Source of the DNA: a virus
Taxonomy: Duplodnaviria; Caudoviricetes
Length of the DNA stretch: 64,000 nt
IMG/VR virus record: IMGVR_UViG_3300020577_014021
Strand: one strand, 5' to 3'
Positions 55,687 to 64,000 of the stretch are shown one piece after another. Within the stretch, counting starts at the first letter, position 1; the number at the start of each line of letters is the position of its first letter. Both the position numbers and the translations under genes were made by a program. The notes under the pieces were generated by a model that worked only from the letters and a program-made list of their open reading frames with translations, was not told the DNA's origin and did no database searches.

Positions 55687-56280
55687 GTGGCTTATAGCAA
55701 TTGGGGCGGTTATGCTTACAAAAATGGAATACGAGTTGTAGAACGTAGTGATTGTGTTATTACTCCAAAAGAAATGATTAGTTCACCTGGAATGTGGCCA
55801 GGTTTTGCGTTTGTTATGCGTGGTGATTCAGTAGAACAAGTACAAAAAAAATTAGAATATCCATCTGGTCATGTTGTTGTTGGTGATGGACCAATTTATA
55901 TTGCTTTATATAAAGCTTCATATGTGAGCATTTTTAATAATCAAGAAGAAATTGATTTAGCGCAATTATTATTGGATAATCAATATTCTGTCCGATGTTT
56001 TAAACATAATGATAAAATAGAATATCGTGTTGAAACAGAAGATTTTATTAAAAATGAAGAACCTTGCAATTTAAAATTTCATGACTATGAGATAATGATT
56101 TACTGGCTTGGTGGCCGAAGATATTGCCAATACATTCAGCTAAAACAGCCAGACGCAACTGTGTGGCATGGTTGGTCAGGATTTGAAGTAGGTGCTGGTT
56201 TTGAAGAAGAACACCTAAAAGAAACTGAAAATTGCGAATATCGATTAAAGCAATTTTGGCCTGAAACTTTCAAAAAATAA
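55687..56280 (+). CDS. Hypothetical phage protein
   Basis: AAGGAG RBS; MAYSNWGG...GFEVGAG. Confidence 0.75.
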   Translation: MAYSNWGGYAYKNGIRVVERSDCVITPKEMISSPGMWPGFAFVMRGDSVEQVQKKLEYPSGHVVVGDGPIYIALYKASYVSIFNNQEEIDLAQLLLDNQYSVRCFKHNDKIEYRVETEDFIKNEEPCNLKFHDYEIMIYWLGGRRYCQYIQLKQPDATVWHGWSGFEVGAGFEEEHLKETENCEYRLKQFWPETFKK

Positions 56281-56291
56281 TTCAAAACATT

Positions 56292-59200
56292 ATGTTAAAT
56301 TTTGATGAATTAAAAAATAAATTGCCAGAGATCTATCAAAAGCGTCTGGAGCATGAATTAGACGTTATTGTGAATAATGGTATACAAAATTTCATGCCAT
56401 ATTTTATTACTTTGGCTGATATTATTCAATATGCTAAAAACAAAGGAATTTTGGTTGGACCTGCTAGGGGTTGTTTATTGCCCGATGTTTTGATATATAC
56501 AAAAGAACAAGGTTTTATTCCAATCAAAGATGTTAAAATTAATCAAACTGTAATTACCCATCAAGGAAATGAAAAAAAAGTAAAAAATACTTTTGAGTAT
56601 GATTATGATGGAGAAATCTACGAAATTAATTCTTTTGGCTATAATTTTGAGAGTTTAAGAGTTACATATGATCATAAAATTTTTGTTAAACAATTAGATA
56701 ATAGTATTGTTTGGAAACAAGCAAAAGATTTAACACTGGATGATAGACTTTTTATTCCTCAATTTAAATTACAACAACATAATAATATACAATCATATGA
56801 TTTTGAAAAAATTTTAAAATTAAAAACACATGCTATATATAAAAAAACATTTTTTAAATATAAACCATATCATGTATATTACCCATGTGGATATGAGCGA
56901 TCAGAAAAATATACTGTTAAAAAACTAGTTAGGGTTTCTCGTCTAGATAGAGAATCAATATCAAATTTTGTTCATGAACCAGAACGTGTCAACTTACGTT
57001 CTTTGTATATTTTAGATTTAATTGCTAAAAACTCTAAATTGAATGGGATACATGAATTAAGAAAAAAAATGTTAGCAGTTGGACAACCCTATGAATATTT
57101 GAATAAGCTCATTACTATTAATAAAGACTTTTGTTTTTTAATGGGTGTATTAAATTCTTCTATCTCATTTCGTCAAGAAAGCCCACACACTTTTTTTATT
57201 GGTACCAATTGGAAAAAAAAAGAAAGTGTAATATTTATTTTATTTGAAAAAATTTTTGGTTATTCAATTAAAATAACCAGAGCAATTAATAAAAAAAATA
57301 AACAATTTAGCTATCAATATAAATCTTCTTCACCAGCATTATACTATTTCTTTCGATATTTTTTTGATCAAACTAAAATTTATTATAAAAGTCTAACACA
57401 TTTGGTAAATGAAATTTCAGAAGAAAATTTGAAGAATTTTTTTGCTGGTTTTTTATTTGGATGTTACCGCGATAATGAAGTGGAAAATACATTTATAGTT
57501 TACAATAAAAAATATGCTTTAGATTTAAGAATCTTACTTTTTAAACTTAGCATTCCACATAATATACATATTACTATAGGTAAAACTGGAAAACCTAAAT
57601 ACAATTTTACTCTTTTTTTAACCAATAAACCATTTTTTCAAAAAGAAAAAGATGGTATGTGGCTTCAAATAAAAGATATTAAACGTTACAAGCTTAAAAC
57701 CAAAGTACATGATCTGGAAGTCGAAGATGACCATAGTTTTTTAACAGATAATGGTATTGTGCATAATTCTGCAGGTGGATCTTTAGCTGCTTATTTATTA
57801 GGCATTACCAGCATTGATCCAATCAAATACAATCTACCATTTGCTCGTTTTTTATCCAATTCAAGACTTAAAAAATCTGTTCCCGATATTGATGTCGATT
57901 TTGAAGTTAATGAACAAAATCCAGAATTACATCGCGACAAAGTTAATGATTATATTTTTGAAAAATATGGTGAACGAGCAGCACAAATTGCTACGTTTGG
58001 CATGTTAAAACTAAAAAATAGTTTACAGGATTCTTTTCGCATAAATGTTTCACAACCAACTGAAAATAAAATTCAAAATTTATTTAAAGAAGGAAAAAAA
58101 GAAGAGGCAGAAACTCTAACTCATTGGCTCAAAAATGAACGAGCAATCTTTGATGAAGTAAGAAAAAATCTTGGCAAAATTCCCATTGGAGTAAGTGATC
58201 TAGACTGGTTAGAGGGCTACAATCAAGACGATATTTACTATCCTGGTTTGTTAGAAACAAATGAAAACTTCAAAAATTGGGCAGCCAAATATCCAAAAAT
58301 TATTGAGACAGCAAAGTTGCTTTTAGGCATTCCTAGAAACATTGGCAAACATGCTGCTGGAGTTGTTATAGCCAATCAACCCATTCATGAAATTTGCGGA
58401 GTCATGAAAATTGACGGTAAAAACGTCATTTCATATAATAAAAAAGATGTTGCTAAGCTTGGACTTATTAAAAACGATAATTTAGGTTTAACTTGTTTAA
58501 ATTTTATCGGTGACACACTTAGAACCTTAAAACAAAAAAATATTGTCCTTGATCCATGGGATTTACCTGAAGATTTAGATGTTTTTAAAACATTTTTAGA
58601 TGGAAAATGTTTAACTGTATTTCAACATGAAACAACAGGTGGAGCAAGCTTTGTAAAAAAACTTATTCCCCAATGTAAAGAAGATTTGTTTATTTCTGTT
58701 GCTTTGAATCGTCCAGGTGCTTTGGATGCAAAAATTAAGTTACATGATGGCTCAGAAATGTCAGCTGCAGATGTTTACATTGAACGTAAAAATAATCGTT
58801 TGCCATTAGTATATTTACATAACGATTTAGAACCAATTCTTAAAAATACATTTGGAGTGTATGCTTTTCAAGAACAAGTTATGGCTTCTTTGCAACTATT
58901 GCTTGGGTATTCAGAAGAAGAATCTGATTCTATTCGTTCTGCAATTTCAGATAAAAACCCTCAAGCTTTTGATGAAGTAAAAAAACGTTTGCCTATGTTG
59001 TTACAACGCGGGTGGACGCAAAATAAAATTGACGATTTTTTCCAACAAATAATTGCTTTTTCAGGTTATGCATTCAATAGATCTCACGCTTGTGCATATG
59101 GATTATTAGCTTATGCTACAGCTTATTTGAAATATCATTATCCCATGGAGTGGTGGGCGGCAGTTTTATCTAATAGTAAGCCAGACGAAGTAATTGAGAA

Positions 59201-60080
59201 ATATTGGCAAGAAGTAAATTCTTTTGTAATTGAACCTAATATTAACATTAGTAAAAACAGTTATATAATTCAAGGTAATCAACTGATTCCACCTCTGAAT
59301 TTAATTAAGGGTGTAGGAGAAGCAGCCTTAAAAGAAATTAGTTTAAAGTCTCCGTTTCAATCCATGGAAGATTTCATGGAACGCATTGATAAAAGAAGTG
59401 TTAATAAAGGAGTAATTTCTAGTCTTTTAAAATCAGGTGCTATGAATTGTCTATTTTTAAACAATCCTTCTTTAAGTGATAAATTTAATATTTATTTTAC
59501 TTTAAAAGCACAATATGAGCATAAAAAGAAAACAGAGATTGAAGAAAAACATATTAATATTACACCATATGAAGAATATTTATTAGCCAAAGGTGTCTTA
59601 CCTATATCCAATATTCTATTGTCGAAGGCTATTGCAGATACTAGTAATATTAACAAGCCATTTATTAATGTTACATATCATATTTCTCACACACAAACAT
59701 TTAATGTAAACTCATTAAGAGGAACTTTGCCATTAGTTGATGGTAAAAAACTTAATTACATTATTGACAACATTGATTCTTTTCAAGATAATTATTTTGA
59801 TGTGTGCTGTTATGGCTATGTAGTTGTTTTAAGAAATTTTTCTTATTTTTCTAAAACCTATCAAGTTCAAAAAAGTGCTATTGAAATAAATTTGGACTTC
59901 GATAATTTTTTTCATAAGATTGTAGCATGGCCAAATAAAACAGAAACATCACCACGTATTGCAAAATATATTATCGAAAAACAAGTATTTTTGTTTAAAT
60001 TAAGAATTGATAAAGCAAAAAAAATATTATCTATTGTGGGCATAGAAGAAATTACCAAAACGTCAAATCCCGCACAATAA
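56292..60080 (+). CDS. dnaE: DNA polymerase III alpha catalytic part (palm/thumb/fingers/HhH/OB; lacks PHP), with intein
   Basis: YQKRLEHEL, VGPARG|SAGGSL, PDIDVDF, GKHAAGVVI, KNDNLGL, AFQEQVM, YAFNRSHA, IKGVG. Confidence 0.95.
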   Translation: MLNFDELKNKLPEIYQKRLEHELDVIVNNGIQNFMPYFITLADIIQYAKNKGILVGPARGCLLPDVLIYTKEQGFIPIKDVKINQTVITHQGNEKKVKNTFEYDYDGEIYEINSFGYNFESLRVTYDHKIFVKQLDNSIVWKQAKDLTLDDRLFIPQFKLQQHNNIQSYDFEKILKLKTHAIYKKTFFKYKPYHVYYPCGYERSEKYTVKKLVRVSRLDRESISNFVHEPERVNLRSLYILDLIAKNSKLNGIHELRKKMLAVGQPYEYLNKLITINKDFCFLMGVLNSSISFRQESPHTFFIGTNWKKKESVIFILFEKIFGYSIKITRAINKKNKQFSYQYKSSSPALYYFFRYFFDQTKIYYKSLTHLVNEISEENLKNFFAGFLFGCYRDNEVENTFIVYNKKYALDLRILLFKLSIPHNIHITIGKTGKPKYNFTLFLTNKPFFQKEKDGMWLQIKDIKRYKLKTKVHDLEVEDDHSFLTDNGIVHNSAGGSLAAYLLGITSIDPIKYNLPFARFLSNSRLKKSVPDIDVDFEVNEQNPELHRDKVNDYIFEKYGERAAQIATFGMLKLKNSLQDSFRINVSQPTENKIQNLFKEGKKEEAETLTHWLKNERAIFDEVRKNLGKIPIGVSDLDWLEGYNQDDIYYPGLLETNENFKNWAAKYPKIIETAKLLLGIPRNIGKHAAGVVIANQPIHEICGVMKIDGKNVISYNKKDVAKLGLIKNDNLGLTCLNFIGDTLRTLKQKNIVLDPWDLPEDLDVFKTFLDGKCLTVFQHETTGGASFVKKLIPQCKEDLFISVALNRPGALDAKIKLHDGSEMSAADVYIERKNNRLPLVYLHNDLEPILKNTFGVYAFQEQVMASLQLLLGYSEEESDSIRSAISDKNPQAFDEVKKRLPMLLQRGWTQNKIDDFFQQIIAFSGYAFNRSHACAYGLLAYATAYLKYHYPMEWWAAVLSNSKPDEVIEKYWQEVNSFVIEPNINISKNSYIIQGNQLIPPLNLIKGVGEAALKEISLKSPFQSMEDFMERIDKRSVNKGVISSLLKSGAMNCLFLNNPSLSDKFNIYFTLKAQYEHKKKTEIEEKHINITPYEEYLLAKGVLPISNILLSKAIADTSNINKPFINVTYHISHTQTFNVNSLRGTLPLVDGKKLNYIIDNIDSFQDNYFDVCCYGYVVVLRNFSYFSKTYQVQKSAIEINLDFDNFFHKIVAWPNKTETSPRIAKYIIEKQVFLFKLRIDKAKKILSIVGIEEITKTSNPAQ
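56472..57767 (+). mobile_element. Intein (432 aa) in DnaE with degenerate LAGLIDADG domain
   Basis: C1 CLLPD, VTYDHKI, VHDLEVEDDHSF, ends IVHN, +1 Ser; eroded motifs FLMGVLNSS and FFAGFLFGC. Confidence 0.92.
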
Positions 60081-60128
60081 AATATTTTTTACATGTCGTA
60101 TATTTAACTACAACATTAATCTTAATGT

Positions 60129-60728
60129 ATGTTAAAGATAGTATTTTTTTTATTTATTATTTCATCTCTTTCTTGCCAACATGAAAAAATAAATTTTACT
60201 ACTTATAATTTTACATCTGAAGCTCAACGCAACACTATTCAATATGCGTTTGATTTTTTTAACGAAAAAATAGCTAATTGTGACGCCGTCTCTTTAAAAT
60301 TAAGCGGAAATAAACAGACATTTTATGCTTATGATAATTTTATACCTGAAGTAACTATGACTTATGATTGGAATGCTTGTTTGAGTGACAATGATTCTCA
60401 CCCCATTACTAAAGGCTGTACTATTGGTTTAGATAAAGACATTGTGATTTTAGATGATCATGTTTTATATCAATCTAATATTTGTGAGTTAGAATTTAAT
60501 TCTTTAAAAGAAGTATATCATTGTGACTATAGAATTTTAGAAATTATACATGAATTAGGTCACGCCTTTGGATTAAATCATTCCAACAACGAAGAAGATA
60601 TTATGTTCAATGAACCATCAGAGTTCATTTCTTTAAATGCTTTATCAAGATTTCAGCAACAACTTTATAAAAATACTCAGATGTGTAAAACTCAAAGGTT
60701 ACAAAAAAATAAAATTACAATTCAGTAA
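60129..60728 (+). CDS. Matrixin-like (metzincin) zinc metalloprotease, probable lipoprotein, copy 1
   Basis: HELGHAFGLNH, Met-turn DIM, signal ending LSC. Confidence 0.85.
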   Translation: MLKIVFFLFIISSLSCQHEKINFTTYNFTSEAQRNTIQYAFDFFNEKIANCDAVSLKLSGNKQTFYAYDNFIPEVTMTYDWNACLSDNDSHPITKGCTIGLDKDIVILDDHVLYQSNICELEFNSLKEVYHCDYRILEIIHELGHAFGLNHSNNEEDIMFNEPSEFISLNALSRFQQQLYKNTQMCKTQRLQKNKITIQ

Positions 60729-60790
60729 AAAATATATTTATTATTATATATAATATGTATTACTTTTGACTACAATATTAATCTTGTGAT

Positions 60791-61390
60791 ATGTTAAAAG
60801 TAGTTTGTTTATTATTGATAATCATTCCATTTTCCTGTTATCCTGAAAAAATAAAATTCACTGTTTACGATGAAACTACTATAGAACAACAAAATGCTAT
60901 CCAATACGCTTTCGATTTTTTTAATGAAAAAATAGCTAATTGCCAAGCTGTTTCTTTATCTGAAAATCATACTTCTCGCGGTCATTATCATATCGGTAAT
61001 TTGATTCCTGAAATAACAATTTCTTATGATTGGGATTCTTGCTTAGAATCAAATCCAAAATATAAAACAAGAGGATGTACTCTTGGTTTTGATAAAGATA
61101 TTGTAGTTTTAGACGATCATCTTTTTTACAAATCAGGTTTATGTGAATTCATGCACAATAGACTTGAGAATGATGATATGTATTTTTGTGATTATAGAAT
61201 AGTTTCCGTTATGCATGAATTGGGTCATGCATTTGGTTTAGAACATTCTTCTGATGAAAATGATATTATGTTTCGTGGACCTTCAGAATTTATATCTATA
61301 GATGCTTTACCACGTTTCCAACAACAGTTATACCAACATACCAAAATTTGCAATACTGAAAGATTAAATAAAAATAAAAAAGAATATTGA
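60791..61390 (+). CDS. Matrixin-like metalloprotease, probable lipoprotein, copy 2
   Basis: HELGHAFGLEH, DIM, signal ending FSC; colinear with copy 1. Confidence 0.85.
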   Translation: MLKVVCLLLIIIPFSCYPEKIKFTVYDETTIEQQNAIQYAFDFFNEKIANCQAVSLSENHTSRGHYHIGNLIPEITISYDWDSCLESNPKYKTRGCTLGFDKDIVVLDDHLFYKSGLCEFMHNRLENDDMYFCDYRIVSVMHELGHAFGLEHSSDENDIMFRGPSEFISIDALPRFQQQLYQHTKICNTERLNKNKKEY

Positions 61391-61449
61391 CAGCAATAAC
61401 AAAAAAAGTAAAACTGCTGTTATTGCGATAATTTACCAGGAGATAATTT

Positions 61450-62025
61450 ATGAAAAAGTTTATTTTAATTGTTTTGATTTTTTTGATTTGTAATTGCCAA
61501 CCTCCTAATCAAGTTACTTTTGATTACTATAACTCAAATTCAGAATTAGAGAAAGAGTTTTTGATTAATTCAGCCAAAAAATTTAATCAATTAGTTGGAT
61601 GTGAAGCTATTGAGCTAAATCATATTAACAATAATAAGATGGCTAAATTTGAAGATGGTACACGTGAAATTCAAATTATTGATCGAGACGTAATGAATAA
61701 AATTACAGCCAAAACAAATGCTGCATATGGCATAGATTCTACTGCGGCCCTGACTTTTCTTGCAGACGGCGACGTAGCAATATCTCGTGATATTGTCACA
61801 AATAGATGTTTTTATGAAGTAGAAGGTCAATGCGTTTATACACAAGGCGAAATTTTATTTTTTCATGAAATGGGTCATACCTTTGGTTTATTGCATGATG
61901 TAAACGATTCTGATATTATGAATAAAATTCCTAAATCTGCTCATACAGCTTTGGATTTTATTATTTTTGTTGAACGTTTGCATCAAAAAACCAATATCTG
62001 TAAGGATATAAAACATGCTGAATAA
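61450..62025 (+). CDS. Matrixin-like metalloprotease, probable lipoprotein, copy 3
   Basis: HEMGHTFGLLH, DIM, signal ending CNC; AGGAG RBS. Confidence 0.82.
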   Translation: MKKFILIVLIFLICNCQPPNQVTFDYYNSNSELEKEFLINSAKKFNQLVGCEAIELNHINNNKMAKFEDGTREIQIIDRDVMNKITAKTNAAYGIDSTAALTFLADGDVAISRDIVTNRCFYEVEGQCVYTQGEILFFHEMGHTFGLLHDVNDSDIMNKIPKSAHTALDFIIFVERLHQKTNICKDIKHAE

Positions 62026-62833
62026 AAACGCTGTAGCGTATTTGAGAGTAAGTTCTGAAGGTCAAAGTGAAGATGGCTTTAGTTTAGACGATCAAATTCA
62101 AAAAATTAAAGTTTATGCTTTAGCTAACAATATCAACCTTGATAACAAAAACATATATAAAGATGTAGAAAGTGGTTCAGATCCAGAACGCACTGACTTA
62201 ATGAAATTAAAAGAAATTGTTCTAAATCCAAATAATCAAATTAATTATGTTTTAGTATATGCCATTGATCGCTGGACCAGAAATGCGGTTGATGGTTTGA
62301 TGTTATATAAAGAATTTTCCAAACATAAAATCTCTTTAATTTCTGTTTCAGAATCTTTTGATTCTAATACTTCTATTGGCCGTTTTATGTGTGGTATTTT
62401 ACACCTTTTGGCTGAATTAAACAAAGATAATATCATTGAAAAGCTTACCGCTGGAAAAAGACAAATGATACAACAAACAGGTAAATGGGCTGGTGGTATA
62501 TCACCTTATGGTTATCAATCCTTAGGGCGTAGGAAAAAACGGCAAGAAGAAGCTATTATTAATGGACGTGGGCAACTATTATTGAACGAAAAAGAATCAG
62601 AAATGATCAGACTTATTTACGATTTAAGAGATAAAAATTATACTTACGAACAAATTTGTGAAACTTTAAGTATTCACAACTATTACAATAGATTGGGTAA
62701 TAAATTTAATAAAGCAACAATTTTTAGAATATTAAAAAGACGTGAAGTCTATAATGGCAAAAAACACATTAATACATCAATAGAATTAAATGAAGAAATT
62801 AAGCCACAACAACCAAGTATTTTAAATGCTTAA
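62015..62833 (+). CDS. Serine recombinase (resolvase + recombinase domains)
   Basis: AYLRVSS..Q, DVESGS..R, IDRWTR, GKWAGGISPYGY. Confidence 0.92.
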   Translation: MLNKNAVAYLRVSSEGQSEDGFSLDDQIQKIKVYALANNINLDNKNIYKDVESGSDPERTDLMKLKEIVLNPNNQINYVLVYAIDRWTRNAVDGLMLYKEFSKHKISLISVSESFDSNTSIGRFMCGILHLLAELNKDNIIEKLTAGKRQMIQQTGKWAGGISPYGYQSLGRRKKRQEEAIINGRGQLLLNEKESEMIRLIYDLRDKNYTYEQICETLSIHNYYNRLGNKFNKATIFRILKRREVYNGKKHINTSIELNEEIKPQQPSILNA

Positions 62834-63812
62834 AACAGAATTTGATATTATTATATATGATAATGTAGGTATGCCGTTTATCGGTAGCACCATAAGACAT
62901 CAATCATTGGGCGGATCTGAATTTGAATTAATTCTTATTGCTGAAAAATTAGCTCAATTTGGTAAAAAGGTATTAATTATAAATACTTTTGATTTTCCCG
63001 CTTATGAATATGGTGTGTACTATTATCCTACTTACTTACTTAAAGAACATGAATTTAAATGCACCAATTTTATAATAAATCGTTATTCGAAACCATTTAA
63101 TGACAATATAAAATTTGAAAATATTTTTATTTTTTTACAAGATATTTATTCTTCAGAATATTCCAGTTACTTTGAACACATATTAAATTTTTATCCTAAA
63201 ACTAAATTTATTACTGTATCAAAATGGCTTCAAAGTTTATTACCAAAATCTTATGATAGTACATTTATTCATAATATGATTCCAGATTGGGTATATAACT
63301 TTCAAACAAAACGTATTCCAAATAAATACATTTATTGCAGTGCTTCTTTTAAAGGCTTGCAAGAAACTATTGAATTGTGGGTTAATCTCAAGAAAAACCC
63401 TTTGTTGAAAAAGGCTGAGTTATATGTATGTAACCCTGGTTATGATCAAGTAGATGAAAAATTGCTTAAAACGCATAAAATAAACTTTTTAGGAAATTTA
63501 CCATTTCATAATTTGATAGAAGAAATGGCAAGTAGTATGGGTTTATTTTATGTTAACAAAATACCAGAAACATTTTGTATTGTAGCAGCATTGGCCAATG
63601 CTTTAAAAATTAACACACATATCTTATGCCTTAGTGATTTTGGAGCATTAACTGAAATTTTGCCAAATAATCCATGTATTACTCAAAATACAGAACAATT
63701 TGTGACAAATTTTATAAAGTTTTATAATAAGAATGAAATTTGTGCTCCATTGCAAAATTATTCTTCTGAGGTGATTTTCAATGATTGGAAAAAGCTTTTG
63801 AGGTATAATTGA
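62826..63812 (+). CDS. Glycosyltransferase (GT-B, GT4-like)
   Basis: SLGGSE, FITVSKW, KGL, ETFCIV, DFGALTE. Confidence 0.8.
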   Translation: MLKTEFDIIIYDNVGMPFIGSTIRHQSLGGSEFELILIAEKLAQFGKKVLIINTFDFPAYEYGVYYYPTYLLKEHEFKCTNFIINRYSKPFNDNIKFENIFIFLQDIYSSEYSSYFEHILNFYPKTKFITVSKWLQSLLPKSYDSTFIHNMIPDWVYNFQTKRIPNKYIYCSASFKGLQETIELWVNLKKNPLLKKAELYVCNPGYDQVDEKLLKTHKINFLGNLPFHNLIEEMASSMGLFYVNKIPETFCIVAALANALKINTHILCLSDFGALTEILPNNPCITQNTEQFVTNFIKFYNKNEICAPLQNYSSEVIFNDWKKLLRYN

Positions 63813-63850
63813 AGAAATTTAGATTTTGATAATAAAGCGATAAATTAAAA

Positions 63851-64000
63851 TTACCAGGTAATAAAAACAGCAACACCGTTGGCTCCAGCCCCACCGGCTC
63901 CAGAATTGGCGCCGTTATTGTTACCGCCGCCGCCGCCTCCGCCGCCGCCATAAATTGTACCCGCTCCGCCGGCTCCAGCTGCTGCACCACCACTATTTGC
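63851..64000 (-). CDS. C-terminal end of a glycine-rich tail-fibre-type protein (partial, runs off window)
   Basis: ...ANSGGAAAGAGGAGTIYGGGGGGGGGNNNGANSGAGGAGANGVAVFITW*. Confidence 0.75.
   Translation of the reverse strand, partial: ANSGGAAAGAGGAGTIYGGGGGGGGGNNNGANSGAGGAGANGVAVFITW

Noticed and set aside
27551-60080. Trans-splicing split intein joining the two DnaE halves
   Set aside because: The PHP C-terminus and the polymerase N-terminus carry no intein blocks; both inteins have their own N- and C-terminal motifs.
61388-61427. Inverted repeat GCAATAACA/TGTTATTGC overlapping a TTGACA element before metzincin copy 3
   Set aside because: Could be an operator or terminator, but single copy, long loop and weak -10; not enough support.
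63778-63993. Track ORF MVVQQLEPAER... on the - strand
   Set aside because: Alternative frame of the glycine-rich gene ending at 63851; its poly-Ala is a frame artefact of GGC repeats.
1-64000. CRISPR array, rRNA, IS transposase, retron or DGR reverse transcriptase
   Set aside because: No regularly spaced repeats, rRNA-like segments, DDE/IS607 architecture or RT motifs were seen.

Overview
This 64-kb window is part of a large, AT-rich tailed-phage genome read in the standard genetic code. (1) 1-11 kb is mostly + strand, early/accessory: three tRNAs (Tyr-GUA, Leu-UAG with a short variable arm, Arg-UCU), a phage Dam-type methylase, a DUF262 protein, a GMP reductase/IMPDH-family enzyme and many small ORFs. 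(2) 11-45 kb is - strand: a Twort/SPO1-like head module (terminase, portal, intein-containing MuF, prohead protease, scaffold, major capsid), then Mre11/Rad50, GroES and GroEL, a sigma factor, a stand-alone DnaE PHP domain with an intein, ThyX, RNA ligase, class II RNR with an intein, RuvC and an SSB. (3) 45.5-64 kb is + strand: M15 peptidase, UvsY/RecA, primase, DnaB, UvsW-like helicase, the rest of DnaE (with an intein), three tandem metzincin lipoproteins, a serine recombinase, a glycosyltransferase and the end of a Gly-rich fibre gene. The most unusual signals are: three dispersed tRNA-shaped RNAs (134-196 nt) with intact acceptor, D and T arms but a large structured domain where the anticodon/variable arms should be; several orphan halves of host toxin-antitoxin/defence modules beside those RNAs; a DnaE split into two genes about 27 kb apart with no split intein; and a sigma factor lacking region 4.2, with a separate region-4-like protein and a candidate late-promoter motif AAACTTAATCT. 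All calls come from reading motifs by eye; no searches or folding programs were run.
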